From a virus, in the IMG/VR virus record IMGVR_UViG_3300032265_003945, positions 1 through 64,000 of that record: 64,000 bases of DNA; one strand, 5' to 3'. Positions 11,601 through 21,993 of the stretch are shown piece by piece. The translations under genes and the position numbers were made by a program. The notes beneath the pieces were generated by a model, which did no database searches, was not told where the DNA came from, and saw only the letters and a program-made list of their open reading frames with translations. Each line of letters starts with the position of its first letter. Position 1 is the stretch's first letter.

Positions 11601-14600
11601 GTCAATGGTATATCCGGATTGATTAAACAATCCATCTTCAATATAAATTAAATCTCCAATATTAATATTGTAATTTCCAAAATTTATTGAAGAATTAACA
11701 ACATTGCTGCCCGCAGAAGTGGCTAGATCATCACTCCCAACAATATCTTTATCAGAGGATCCTACTAAGGTTTCAGGATTAACGGTTCTAAATTTTTCAT
11801 GGGGGAAAGGAAGTAATTTTTGACCATATTTAATTATATTCGGGACTTCAAATCCATCTATAAATAGATGCATTTCGTCTCGATGATTTCCAGAATTTAA
11901 TTTCCAAGATGCACCGATAAAATGCTTTTCATTTTTCTTCCAATTAGATACGTCTGCACTAACCACATAAACTGTTTTAAACTTATCAATAATTTTAAAG
12001 TTTAAATATCCCGCAATATCTTTATAAATAGAGAGTCTATTCTTTTCTTTCTCCCCGGAATCAAGTATATAATACTCGTGATCAGAAATAAAAGTAAATA
12101 TTTGAGATTGATCCTTTAAATTATTTATTTTAATTGCAACTTTATTGTTAGTAGTTGTAGTTGTAATGTCAGCGCCGCTACTTGCACTTTTAACATCATA
12201 AAAATTACCATCTGAATTTATTTGAACAGAATATTTTTGACCATTTCCAGTATTATCAATAATGTCAACGTACCATCTATTAAATAATCCAGAAATATCT
12301 GGAGCATAGTAGATAAATACGCCGTTCTTATTTTTCTGAGGGATTCCAGAAGAATTAGAATTCTTATCTATTGTAAAAGAATTATTTATTAGTAATGGAT
12401 GATGCTCTCTATCTCCGATAAAAATAGAATTTTGTGCGACAGGAGAGTTGTCCTTTAATATTTTAAAAGTTAATTTTGCATTATTGTCTATGCCATCCCA
12501 TTGCGGCAAAATCCATGTTTCGAAAGTTCCTTGATTAATGGAAAGATTCGAGGAGCGTGGTAAAGAAATTCTTTGAGAAGGAGAGTCTATCAATGCTCCA
12601 TTTCCGAACTTAACTGGTATTAATTGAAAGTTTCCTTCGGTAGTTATTTGGTTTGGATAAAGTAAGCTACTCCCAAGAGACCAGCTATTGAATACCGACT
12701 CGATAATTTGAGGATCGATGTGTGTTATTTTATTTACCAAGTTCTTAATGCCACTAATTGTTGGACCTTTCAAAAAAGAAGATAGGGCGCCGGTTAACGC
12801 ATCTCGATATCTTTCTCTGTCCAGATCAACATTAAAAACATTCAATTCCGGAATAAGTAATAAGGATCCGAAATTTTTCAATAAAGCGTCTCTGAGGGCG
12901 CCTACTCGATATGACACATAGTAAGTAGTGTTTTCGGAAACGGCATTGCTTTGTCTAAAGTCAATTACGTTATCTCCGTACTCATAACTGATAACAATTT
13001 CATCAAGTAAATAAGTATAGTCTGCGTAAAGGTCGCCTTTGTTATAATCTACTACGACTCTAGAGAGATCGTTTATGGATACAGTGTAAGATAGATTAAC
13101 TATCTGCCCTGCGGCGGGAGAATTTACTCCCGATAGAATTAATTTTGCAAGATTTCCGGTTACAATTTGTCCGCCAGAATCCCAGAGCTGTTTTCCGTCT
13201 GAATTTCTGATGATGCTAATATCATAAGAAATATTTGGAGATAGGTAGCTGGTATTTTCTGGTAAAGGTATGTATAAATTAACCCCGTCATCATTGACTT
13301 GAGTGATTAGAGATTGAGGGATTGGAGAAACAGTTATTGTATTTCCGCTAAAAGAAGAAAAATTAGAAAAATTAATTGGGTTTAAATTATTAACTAAGTC
13401 CTGATACTCAAAAACACCTCTAACATATTTTATTTGTTCAGATACTTTCCCATAAAAAGATAATTGATCAAAATAACCTATTACGCCATTATTAATTTGA
13501 TACGGCTTTGTCTGTTCATTATTGTAATATAGCTCATCGGAATCTTGAAGATTTTCTGGGAAAATATTATTGTCACCAAAAGACAAATAAGTAAAACTTT
13601 TATTTTTTGGATTAAGAGGGTTTACTTGATAATAAATGTCATTTACGCTTATGATATGTTTTTTCGCTGTAATGATATTATTTTTTCGATAAGAAATAGT
13701 GCCGATATCATTATTTTGATTTGCACTTACTGCGCAATAGACTATCCCGTTAACATAATCGATACAGTATTCTCCAATATTATTTAAATTATTTAAGTTA
13801 ATTTGAATATTTGAATCTTTTTGAAAATATTTTTCTTTTTGAAAGATACTTTTATTGGAAAAGCTTGCACTGGAATTAATAGAAGACCCGATACAATCTT
13901 CTGTTGAAGCTATTAAACTGTTATTATTTAATAAAATTTTAAAAATGTTAAGAGAGCTTTGATTAATAGAGCTGCTATTAACAAACAAGAACTCATTTAA
14001 GACCGCCTCAAAAGTAACTCTTTCCGAAGTTTCATCATCTATTCTTGGAGCTATGTTATAATCAAAATAAACTTTATTATCGTTCCAACGATTAATCGAG
14101 TACAGCTCACCCGAAGTTTCATTGTAGATTCTAAAGACATTAGTTACAGGTGAGTTCGTGGTTTGTATTGTCCCTAAATTAAGTAACCTATTCTCGACTC
14201 TCTCTTGCAATGATTCATTATGGACTTCCGCCACATAATCTTTATTTGGAATCAATACTTTTTCATAGCTAAAATTAATTAATGCAGAGTTGTCTCTTAA
14301 ATTACCTTTTGGTAAAGAAACTAAATCTTTAGTATCTGAATCATACACATAGTCTACTTCATCTTGATAGGAAAATCTATAATTATAAGTGGCGACGGGA
14401 GGAGATGCCCCTGTTCCGGACTTAGAGCCGTCTGCGCCATAAACATACACTCTTCCAGTGGTATAGTCTACGCTATAAGCTCCAGGAAAAGATGGGAGAG
14501 CCTCTAATCTAAAGGGAGATTCATATAGGAAGGCGGGATGCTTAGCATTAACGTTAATGCTGTTAGGATCGGTAAAAGTAACCCCGCCTAATTGAGGAAC

Positions 14601-15716
14601 GTCATTATTTAAATCTACAATTGGGGCGTGCTTTAAATTAAAAATATTTATAATTGATGGAAGCGTTTCTCTACTAGACGTTAGCACCTCTTCTACTCTT
14701 AAGGAATCAGAATAAATTATTTTACCAACATCTTTATATTGATAAGAGCACTCTATTCTGACAATAGCGTCTAATTTAAAAGAAGGATCTTGAAGTATCT
14801 GCTCGTTTAGCTTTATTTGATTATCTTCTAACAATAAATATTTAAATCCAAAATCCTGATCATATTTATTTTCTTTTATTTGATACCCAAGAGTCTGAAT
14901 ATCATATTCGTATATTGAAGGCAGGGAACTCAATATAAAAGTTAATTTTGTTAGCTTAATTACAGGTGAAGAATTTAAATTTAAAATTAAACTATTGATG
15001 TTAAATTTGCCGTCCACATCTACAGAGTCTGGAGTTAAAAGCTCTCTAGTAACTTGAGTTGATTGAAGCGTAAACGGATAGAATGGAAAAGTGTCTACGC
15101 TATAAAAACCAGAGACTTTATTTCCAGAAGGGGTAAGTCCAACCCTAATAATTTCATAGGCGCCTTCTTGATCTAACCGATCAAAAGGTCCACCGCCTCT
15201 TGTTTTTTGCTCATCTTCAATAGTGTTACTTAAATAATTTTCATTTTTTACTTGACGCACATCATATAAGGATTTAGATATGCTATTTACAAAAGAACCA
15301 ATAACTTTGTAAACTGCAGTAGTTGGGTCTTCTACATTATAAATATTTTCTCTTAAGAAATTTACTAAATAAGTTCTAATGATATTATCGGGCTCTTCTG
15401 GACCTAAGATTATCTTTAAGTTGCCTACGTTATCTTCCAGTAATTTAAACTCACCATTTAAAGATTGAAATGGGTGATTAGAAGTTGAGCGAAACACGAT
15501 ATCATAAGCGGCATAAGGAGTCAAAGGCTGGCAATAAATCTTTAAGACATTATTGACCACTTGGACTTTAAGAGCTTTAGAATCTGGAACATTTAAAGTT
15601 TGAGATAAAATTTGAATGTTGCTAACATCTAAATTATTAGTTAATTTTTCAGTAAAACTAGCTATTAAATTAGAGCTATCAACAACTGTAACTGATTCTA
15701 CTCTTAGGTTGCTCAT
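8613..15716 (-). CDS. Giant baseplate-associated protein with LamG/ConA-like domains
   Basis: 2367 aa directly after baseplate J. LamG-like segments include GTFETWILPQW, GTIEFWVNP, WHRVKVSF..MFVDG and IDNLRISN. It ends in the wedge-like motif LKPANSKAYL. Confidence 0.7.
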   Translation of the reverse strand: MSNLRVESVTVVDSSNLIASFTEKLTNNLDVSNIQILSQTLNVPDSKALKVQVVNNVLKIYCQPLTPYAAYDIVFRSTSNHPFQSLNGEFKLLEDNVGNLKIILGPEEPDNIIRTYLVNFLRENIYNVEDPTTAVYKVIGSFVNSISKSLYDVRQVKNENYLSNTIEDEQKTRGGGPFDRLDQEGAYEIIRVGLTPSGNKVSGFYSVDTFPFYPFTLQSTQVTRELLTPDSVDVDGKFNINSLILNLNSSPVIKLTKLTFILSSLPSIYEYDIQTLGYQIKENKYDQDFGFKYLLLEDNQIKLNEQILQDPSFKLDAIVRIECSYQYKDVGKIIYSDSLRVEEVLTSSRETLPSIINIFNLKHAPIVDLNNDVPQLGGVTFTDPNSINVNAKHPAFLYESPFRLEALPSFPGAYSVDYTTGRVYVYGADGSKSGTGASPPVATYNYRFSYQDEVDYVYDSDTKDLVSLPKGNLRDNSALINFSYEKVLIPNKDYVAEVHNESLQERVENRLLNLGTIQTTNSPVTNVFRIYNETSGELYSINRWNDNKVYFDYNIAPRIDDETSERVTFEAVLNEFLFVNSSSINQSSLNIFKILLNNNSLIASTEDCIGSSINSSASFSNKSIFQKEKYFQKDSNIQINLNNLNNIGEYCIDYVNGIVYCAVSANQNNDIGTISYRKNNIITAKKHIISVNDIYYQVNPLNPKNKSFTYLSFGDNNIFPENLQDSDELYYNNEQTKPYQINNGVIGYFDQLSFYGKVSEQIKYVRGVFEYQDLVNNLNPINFSNFSSFSGNTITVSPIPQSLITQVNDDGVNLYIPLPENTSYLSPNISYDISIIRNSDGKQLWDSGGQIVTGNLAKLILSGVNSPAAGQIVNLSYTVSINDLSRVVVDYNKGDLYADYTYLLDEIVISYEYGDNVIDFRQSNAVSENTTYYVSYRVGALRDALLKNFGSLLLIPELNVFNVDLDRERYRDALTGALSSFLKGPTISGIKNLVNKITHIDPQIIESVFNSWSLGSSLLYPNQITTEGNFQLIPVKFGNGALIDSPSQRISLPRSSNLSINQGTFETWILPQWDGIDNNAKLTFKILKDNSPVAQNSIFIGDREHHPLLINNSFTIDKNSNSSGIPQKNKNGVFIYYAPDISGLFNRWYVDIIDNTGNGQKYSVQINSDGNFYDVKSASSGADITTTTTNNKVAIKINNLKDQSQIFTFISDHEYYILDSGEKEKNRLSIYKDIAGYLNFKIIDKFKTVYVVSADVSNWKKNEKHFIGASWKLNSGNHRDEMHLFIDGFEVPNIIKYGQKLLPFPHEKFRTVNPETLVGSSDKDIVGSDDLATSAGSNVVNSSINFGNYNINIGDLIYIEDGLFNQSGYTIDAINGNDLTLDQPMPVTLSNLKFSVNKASYTLKLDANVYPSVAVSTLSVIYENNDLSTSLSNNVVTSASSNFTQIKPGYLLRILDGGFELIYNILNVNGQQLTLDQKMPVTLSGLTFYIYSNIEKEIPGVKALRPSYQLSSDNLFNATLTITNDVLAKDLVLLNTFGLNHRKIKQLHYVWGNQIENVIPTRLPPPVSLNDVKITRVISSNSVVNSHNSTVISGILHYLSTDNPPSNSEKGRTLSATISGTNNVDFSTPVQIILGGYDYDYNIISETIYFDDYGKLDFSNKFITVNHIQVICKPFNLLKDCLAFEIKEKYPITYAEDSSLVPLIRYSYQMSTGQTLRKTGENIVTDDNNFFSSLDKDNILIVQQPLAAAGIYRISDVSQDHKSLILDLSIPLGDFTDGYYKVLNVTDYRTGFQNGFFVLEQTQFVGEPYFLNVGYYEFEYSTYTTIKFDPLANEEIYLGCDILKSHQSNAALDQVKIYSIQLSDTRVGQVIPSNQRSITKDYNSLIPLRSDINTLTLIDFNFYPFVNSASFYVKNIGGNFIQSDVSINSNFQNSISLVNNPVILDNYGVLDTKKDGTIEFWVNPLYDSAKDPNYRYYFDAYGAKVVETVSLNNSEIKLSEPVSNIISVTLKNGDPNINYFAGGKLEIGLDNAIAEVTTSNNNSSVSVKNQILQVISVVVVGDLSRVNYFENGAVSLDKKTIYLGKPLPLNNANLIVTYKPINGSNNILNYQTIYLNKKLPKDNTPVIVKFIPKGFNGDRLSIYKDPGGYLNFDVTASGKNYNITSPIYWSRDTWHRVKVSFKFNSQVNSDEIRMFVDGYERSSLLINGQVNFGAFSDLGAGTAGISIGNQNISFKDTINQVYLGADYSLNSEADCLIDNLRISNISRPIYSPYGEPLDPNYSSNLEVAFPVTTDLYTTYLLNFDSSATLNEDFAFIVANQGSAFDFTVNIFDSFGIVSSSDTVKQILEKLIYMLKPANSKAYLQYYQ

Positions 15717-18700
15717 CTTGTCTCAATATTCACTATAACGTTGTTTGCCACAAAGTATTCGTTCTTTTGAGCCGTTAAGCTAAGAACTTGACCTGGGACC
15801 CCTGTTTTATTAAAATAAATTATTCTTGATCTATCTACGCCATTAATAGAGTAAGAAGAATTTACCAAATCCGATCCATCAATTATTCCTCCTAAAGAAT
15901 TTAAATTAATAGAAGAGGTTAATATGTTTCTGACATTTTGAGCAACTATAGATGAACTGTTAGTAAAGATAGAGCTAACCACTATATTCATAGTTACATC
16001 TACAAGTATTGCGATTGCCTCTTTTGCAATAACATCTGCATTTATCGGTCTGTTATTTTCTATATTAAAAGTGGCATCCGTAATTGTTTGATTATAATTA
16101 TAAGTTATAGTGATTCTTTCATTTGTCTTTGGCGCAGTGTAATCGTAGAATACTTTGTATCTAGAGCCAAGAGGGGGTTGATTTATTGTATTTAAATTTA
16201 AAACGGAAGATGCGGTTGATTTAAACCCGCTACTCACATAGACTTTATCAATTAATAAGAATTTTTTACCCGTATATAATAAACCAGGAGCAGTATAGTT
16301 TAATGTTTCAGAGTCCGCAGAATTAACTACACAAATAGTGGCTCGCATCTTATCTCCAATTTTTGGAAGATAAGGGTTAGTCGAAGTATCTAGCATATTC
16401 GTGCTAGTCGATGGCAAAATCACACTAAATCTATCTAAAAGAGGGTTTTCGATTAACTCTCCTATATAGTAAGAGTTATCTCTTATTTTTGAGTTAATTA
16501 AATCATAATTAACAATAACATTAGTAACTTCATCTAGGTTTCCTGCAGTTTGAACTTTTTCTAGCTTAACTATTCTAGCCAATTTAAGAGAAGAAGGTAT
16601 AGCAGATGTAGAAGATAAACTTAACCCTTTAACAACTGCTTCTAGTAAATTGACCTCTAGCCCGGACGCAGTTGAGGTAAAGATTACATCTTTTATTTTA
16701 AAAATAGTTTTTCCTGTAATGGCAATCGAGCCATTAGATACGTTTTGATCGAAAATTAAAGAAGAAATGTTTGTTGGAGAGGTTCTTAAATTATTATAAT
16801 TATAATAATTTATAAAAACTTTATCAAATAGTTTAGGATTGCCAAAAGATGATAGAATTAATTTATTATTTGCAAAATTTATCGTGCCAGATCCGTTCCA
16901 CACTTCTTGATTATCTGAGATCCTAGTAATAGAAATTTGAGATTTACTAATATTTTCTAGGGAAATAGTCGCTGTAAATTGCTGCAAACTAGAATTAAAA
17001 TTAATTATATCAAATATACCATTGTTATTAAAATTATACCCATCATAAATTTTTAATTTATAATTAGATATGGCAGTAATATAATTAAGATTCATTGTCG
17101 GGCTAGTAACTAAGATCTGTTGAGGGTTTGACGGATCTTTTTGCAAATACCCATCAAGAACTTCTCCGTAAACTATTTGGGAGGCGGGGTCTAATATTTC
17201 AAATCTTAATGGTCCGACATTATCTATAAAATTTAAAATATCAACATATAGTTTTTGATCAGCATCAGATTTTACCTCTGATTGTTGTAATGCAATTACT
17301 TCATTAGAAAAACTAACTGGCTGATATCTCGTATTATCCTTGGAGTAGTAGAATGTAACTACTTGATCTTTTTCCAAAGGAGAATTGTAATTAGATAGTA
17401 TTAACTGATAATTATTATTAGAATTATTAAAAGTTATAGTTCCTGGATGCATGCTATCCCAAAGAACAGCGCCATCACTAATTCTTATAATAGATAAGAT
17501 GTCCGATGTGCCCAGGGTGAAGTTATTTGCATTAATGGATAATTCAATGTAAAGCTGATTGCTAACATTTTTATTAATTAATAAGCTCTCTCTTATTAAA
17601 TTATTAAATATATTGTTATTTATAAATCCCAGGTTATTTAAGTTAAATCCATTAGAGACTCTGCTCGCTGGGAGCAGGGTCGTTGCGGAAGAGTAGAGCG
17701 AAGGGACATTGGCTATGTAAGAAACATTTAAATAAATTTGAGAAGAGTCTGTTACGATATTGCTTGCCGGTATATTAATTGTACTAGAATTAAAGCTGCC
17801 ATTTATATTATCTACATAAAAAGTATTTTTACTATCAAAAATAATAGAGACTTTTTGACCACTTACTGCGGTAGTGTCTGCCGGTAGAATTATATTTGCG
17901 CCATAGACAACTTTAATGCCTATGACTGATGTGCTGGCTGTAAAAGATCCGTTATTTTCAGCCGTATTATATAGTTCAACAAAAGTATTCTTTAAATAAA
18001 TATTTTGTATTGATTGAACTGGAACTGGTAAATTTAATAATTGAACGGATTTTCTCCCGGCGTATATCCCAGAGGTTACATCCGAGACAATACCGTCTTT
18101 TTGTTCAAAAGTATTGCAAGATATTACTGAGCTTATTGGGTGAGATACGGATCCCGTAAATATATTTGCCGTAGCGTCTTTGATAAATAATGCTTTTTCG
18201 TCTTTTATTTCTGAGCAATAACCCCAGTCAACATTATCAATTGAAGGACGTAAATTATCATTTAAATATTTTCCATCATAATCCGAATATTGATCATAAT
18301 CAAATATCCAAGTATAATCTACCTGAAGGACATCAGTGGCAACCGGTAAAGTATTACCAGAAATTTTTATTCTTCCAGTTGTATTGACGCTTCCGGTTCC
18401 GTCTACATTTTGATTTACTATGAAATATCTTTCCCCGGTATTAACATTAAATACTCTAGTTACATTTGTTAAGGGATAGTGAAATAATTGAATAATTGAT
18501 CTGTCGCTAGTAATAACGCTATTCTCATTAACAATAGATATATTTTGCTGAATATTTGGAATGTTCAGCACATCAGTGTATGACAATGGATCTTGTCCAT
18601 TAAATTTATTTTTAATTAAGTCCTGGGAGAAGGCAGATATTTTATTTGATGTCCATTTAAACTTATCAAATCCCCAGGGAGATCCTGCATACACTCCCGT

Positions 18701-19816
18701 GTCTTTTACTAGCTCATAATTTCCGGAAACTCTTCCGAGAGAATCGACTGATTTGGGTATGAAATTAGGTCCGCTCAGAGAACCTACTACGGTAACAAGA
18801 GAGTCGACTGGCTGAGACGGCAAGGTCCCATTCTTTATATTATCTACTCTTCTTTTGTTAACAGTCTTGTTTTCATCTCCGGATATTTGTCCCAAGACAA
18901 TATCGTTTTTATCATTGGAAGAGTTATTCGTATTACTTTTATCTTGATAGATATAGGTATCTATTGTTTGGAGTAAATTTTGCCCCAAAATAATAACATC
19001 AACTTTGCCGCCTTGTCCCTCGGAAATAATTGTTTTATTGCCGCTAGAGTCGGTCGAGACTACGGTCCCATCTCTTGTCATCAAGGGGTCACCCGGCTCG
19101 ATAACCGTGGCATCTATAACATTGGTAGTGGCGAGGGCGGTGCTTCTATAACCAAGGGCAGTGCCAATGCTAGAGCCATTAAAAAGAGCTAGAATTCTAT
19201 TTCTAAAAGCAGCGTCGTTTTCCTGATTCGAGCCGCCAGTAAAATTATTAGTATTTGTTGCCCCGGTGATTCCAGTGGTCGTAGATCTAGAGATATAATA
19301 TTTGCCAATATTTCCAATGGCTCCAGGAGAAACACATTGAACTAAAACTTGTATCGCGTATTGATCTTTAATACCTACGAAGTCTAAATCATTTTTGAAT
19401 CTAGTAGCCGTAGATGCGTATGAGTTGGCTGAAGCTGGAATAATAGAGACTCCGGTAGTTACTTGAAAAGAAACTCCGCTACTGGTAATAACTAAATCTC
19501 CTGAATTAACTGCAAATGGAGCATCTACGGAATTAAAAGTAAGAAGGGCTACCCCATTAGCCGGTACAGCTTGTTTTCTAGACAACCCGAAATTTTTTGC
19601 TAGTTTGTCTAAATCTGCCCCAGCAGCCAATTTAATAGATTGTAAATCTGAAACGTTAGCAAGCTCATCATAAATTAAAGAAATTTGGCTAGCGGGGGCA
19701 TCAATAAATAAATCTCTGGCAACAGTTCCAGGTTTAGTATCTAGATCTGGCTGAACCAGCTTAAAATAATCAATTAAGCCTAAGATAATATCATTTACAT
19801 TTCTTATTGTTACCAT
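15713..19816 (-). CDS. Baseplate J-like wedge protein with very large internal insertion
   Basis: N-terminal DTKPGTVARDLFID, GADLDKLAKNFGLSRK, FTGGSNQENDAAFRNRI and GGKVDV, plus a J-like C-terminus. It follows the gp25-like gene. Confidence 0.85.
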   Translation of the reverse strand: MVTIRNVNDIILGLIDYFKLVQPDLDTKPGTVARDLFIDAPASQISLIYDELANVSDLQSIKLAAGADLDKLAKNFGLSRKQAVPANGVALLTFNSVDAPFAVNSGDLVITSSGVSFQVTTGVSIIPASANSYASTATRFKNDLDFVGIKDQYAIQVLVQCVSPGAIGNIGKYYISRSTTTGITGATNTNNFTGGSNQENDAAFRNRILALFNGSSIGTALGYRSTALATTNVIDATVIEPGDPLMTRDGTVVSTDSSGNKTIISEGQGGKVDVIILGQNLLQTIDTYIYQDKSNTNNSSNDKNDIVLGQISGDENKTVNKRRVDNIKNGTLPSQPVDSLVTVVGSLSGPNFIPKSVDSLGRVSGNYELVKDTGVYAGSPWGFDKFKWTSNKISAFSQDLIKNKFNGQDPLSYTDVLNIPNIQQNISIVNENSVITSDRSIIQLFHYPLTNVTRVFNVNTGERYFIVNQNVDGTGSVNTTGRIKISGNTLPVATDVLQVDYTWIFDYDQYSDYDGKYLNDNLRPSIDNVDWGYCSEIKDEKALFIKDATANIFTGSVSHPISSVISCNTFEQKDGIVSDVTSGIYAGRKSVQLLNLPVPVQSIQNIYLKNTFVELYNTAENNGSFTASTSVIGIKVVYGANIILPADTTAVSGQKVSIIFDSKNTFYVDNINGSFNSSTINIPASNIVTDSSQIYLNVSYIANVPSLYSSATTLLPASRVSNGFNLNNLGFINNNIFNNLIRESLLINKNVSNQLYIELSINANNFTLGTSDILSIIRISDGAVLWDSMHPGTITFNNSNNNYQLILSNYNSPLEKDQVVTFYYSKDNTRYQPVSFSNEVIALQQSEVKSDADQKLYVDILNFIDNVGPLRFEILDPASQIVYGEVLDGYLQKDPSNPQQILVTSPTMNLNYITAISNYKLKIYDGYNFNNNGIFDIINFNSSLQQFTATISLENISKSQISITRISDNQEVWNGSGTINFANNKLILSSFGNPKLFDKVFINYYNYNNLRTSPTNISSLIFDQNVSNGSIAITGKTIFKIKDVIFTSTASGLEVNLLEAVVKGLSLSSTSAIPSSLKLARIVKLEKVQTAGNLDEVTNVIVNYDLINSKIRDNSYYIGELIENPLLDRFSVILPSTSTNMLDTSTNPYLPKIGDKMRATICVVNSADSETLNYTAPGLLYTGKKFLLIDKVYVSSGFKSTASSVLNLNTINQPPLGSRYKVFYDYTAPKTNERITITYNYNQTITDATFNIENNRPINADVIAKEAIAILVDVTMNIVVSSIFTNSSSIVAQNVRNILTSSINLNSLGGIIDGSDLVNSSYSINGVDRSRIIYFNKTGVPGQVLSLTAQKNEYFVANNVIVNIETR

Positions 19817-19834
19817 TTACTTTTCTCAGGCTCC

Positions 19835-20266
19835 TCATATAGTGGTTACGGTAAAATCAGTGGCTAGAGCCTTTAATCCCTTACTCAAAACTTTCACTCG
19901 AACCAAAAACAACCTAAAGTCATTTGTATCCCTGCTAATTGATATATCCATAATATAATTAATTTGCTCAAAAGGGGATAATGTTTGTAATTGTTTTGAT
20001 TGTGTTTCTTGCAAAGATTTTAAATTTTGTATGGCATTTTCTAATTGAACCCTAGATACCTGCAAGATAATGTCATTGCTTAGGGGTGAGCCAATCATTG
20101 TTTTTGAGAGAAGGGAACCGTACCACGGATAAAGTGGGTTAGTTCCGGTAGGAGTAATGCATATTTTTAACAAATCCTGGGCTAATTTATCCGTATCGGT
20201 AACAACATTTAAGTTACCGTTATTGACTACCAAATCTCCAGAAATTATTTTTAGATCAAAGGACAT
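19835..20266 (-). CDS. gp25/GPW-like baseplate wedge protein
   Basis: DLKIISGDLV..KLAQDLLKICITPTGTNPLYPWYGS; size and position fit. Confidence 0.8.
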   Translation of the reverse strand: MSFDLKIISGDLVVNNGNLNVVTDTDKLAQDLLKICITPTGTNPLYPWYGSLLSKTMIGSPLSNDIILQVSRVQLENAIQNLKSLQETQSKQLQTLSPFEQINYIMDISISRDTNDFRLFLVRVKVLSKGLKALATDFTVTTI

Positions 20267-20310
20267 AATTTTGCCTTATTTTATATAAAAATGCAAAATT
20301 ATTACTTTAA

Positions 20311-21993
20311 TCAAGAGGATGCCGATTTTTTAAGGTTCAGATAGATGGCATCACATATAGAATATAAATATTTTACTAAAACTGAAAATCTAGATAGAGC
20401 TTCTTTAATTCCAATTCTTTCGGGAAGAGGGGTCCTTAAATTAAAAATTTTATTTTGCATTCTAGCATAGGCGGTATCATCAAAGAAAGAAATTAAAACC
20501 TGCTCATCTATTAAATAAAGTGCTGAAGTAATTACTAAAACATCGCATAATCCAAGACCACTAAATTCTCCCATTATATATTCTATATACTTAAGGGCGT
20601 TGTTGGTATAAGAAAATGCATTGGACCTTGCTTTATTGAGTTGCTCCAAGTTTTTTTGATCTAAGGTAGAATCTATCGGTGGTCCATTGATAAAATCAGT
20701 AATCGCTCCCAGAGCGCTTTGTAATTGAGCTAAGAAAGGGTTTTCAGATAAACTAGAAGTTTTTATAATTTTGTTAAAGAGAATATCTATTTGATTTGTA
20801 GCATTTTTTGCCGTTAAATACACTATTTCAATTTCTCTTTTATCTTTATTATTAGGATCTGATGAGAGTATTTTTCTTAAGTTGCATCCATACTCTGGTC
20901 CAGATTGACTCGGTACGGGTATTAAATTATAATTTCTTTGATTTTCATTAATTACATCTACGTTTTTTTTAAGCTCTGCCATCATTTTTTTAGCAAGTCC
21001 TATGAAACTAGCATAATAAACCGATGTATTTCCTGATGCATTTGTATTTGTATAGATTTTATTTAAATCTGAGCTATCTAATGAGATAGATCCTGTACTG
21101 GTCACCTGCTTAATGTAATCGATCTGGCTTTTTTGATAATCACTTAATTGCTCTTTTTGATTATTTGAAGAAAGTCTATCAATACATATTTGTTGCAAGC
21201 CAGCCGCAGGATATTGGATTTTAGTATCAGGAGTTTTACCATCAAATATAAAAAAGGGAACGTTAATATGATTGCTATCTCCCGCTGCAAAAGATGCTCG
21301 AGGATCAACTACAAATGGCATAATGAAATGGTATCTTTCGTTTGCATTTTTACCGAACCACTTAATATAAGGCGAAAGATCGTCAAGAGCGGTACGATTA
21401 AATAAATTAACATACGTCATCATATCTTTGCCATCCACGGATTCTGTAGAGACATTATATTTACAATCCTTAGATTCTATTTCTAAGGGATTTTTTTCTG
21501 GATTATTCATGCAACTATCAAATTTTCTTGGATTTTTTGTAACTAGTGCTAAAACGCTCGCCCCAATACTTTCATTCCTAGAAAAAATAGATAATATTTG
21601 ATTTAAATATAAATTTCTATCATTAGATGTTATGTAGCATTTTGTTTTAGTAAAATTATTTGATATTTTTATTTTATTTTCAATATTATCGGTATTAGAG
21701 TCGTACCCGGGATTAAAGAAATTATCATTATCAATTACCGGCATCCCTAATATTCTGTAGAAAGCGTGACACCTAGATTCTTTAAAAGCATAAGATGAGT
21801 CATCGTTGAAGACCAATACGGGAGGAGGATCTCCTTTAGTTACTTCTGGACTATCAATTGTGTAAATATTATTTTCATTTATAATTCCAGAAATATAATT
21901 ATTTCCACGGTACCCATCAATATGCTTAATCCATTTAGAATACAGGTCATCTAGATCTATAGTGTAATTTGCGTTATCTCGGTAAAACGGCAT
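20311..21993 (-). CDS. Hypothetical virion protein
   Basis: 560-aa ORF coupled to the upstream gene within the baseplate cluster; no motif recognised. Confidence 0.55.
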   Translation of the reverse strand: MPFYRDNANYTIDLDDLYSKWIKHIDGYRGNNYISGIINENNIYTIDSPEVTKGDPPPVLVFNDDSSYAFKESRCHAFYRILGMPVIDNDNFFNPGYDSNTDNIENKIKISNNFTKTKCYITSNDRNLYLNQILSIFSRNESIGASVLALVTKNPRKFDSCMNNPEKNPLEIESKDCKYNVSTESVDGKDMMTYVNLFNRTALDDLSPYIKWFGKNANERYHFIMPFVVDPRASFAAGDSNHINVPFFIFDGKTPDTKIQYPAAGLQQICIDRLSSNNQKEQLSDYQKSQIDYIKQVTSTGSISLDSSDLNKIYTNTNASGNTSVYYASFIGLAKKMMAELKKNVDVINENQRNYNLIPVPSQSGPEYGCNLRKILSSDPNNKDKREIEIVYLTAKNATNQIDILFNKIIKTSSLSENPFLAQLQSALGAITDFINGPPIDSTLDQKNLEQLNKARSNAFSYTNNALKYIEYIMGEFSGLGLCDVLVITSALYLIDEQVLISFFDDTAYARMQNKIFNLRTPLPERIGIKEALSRFSVLVKYLYSICDAIYLNLKKSASS

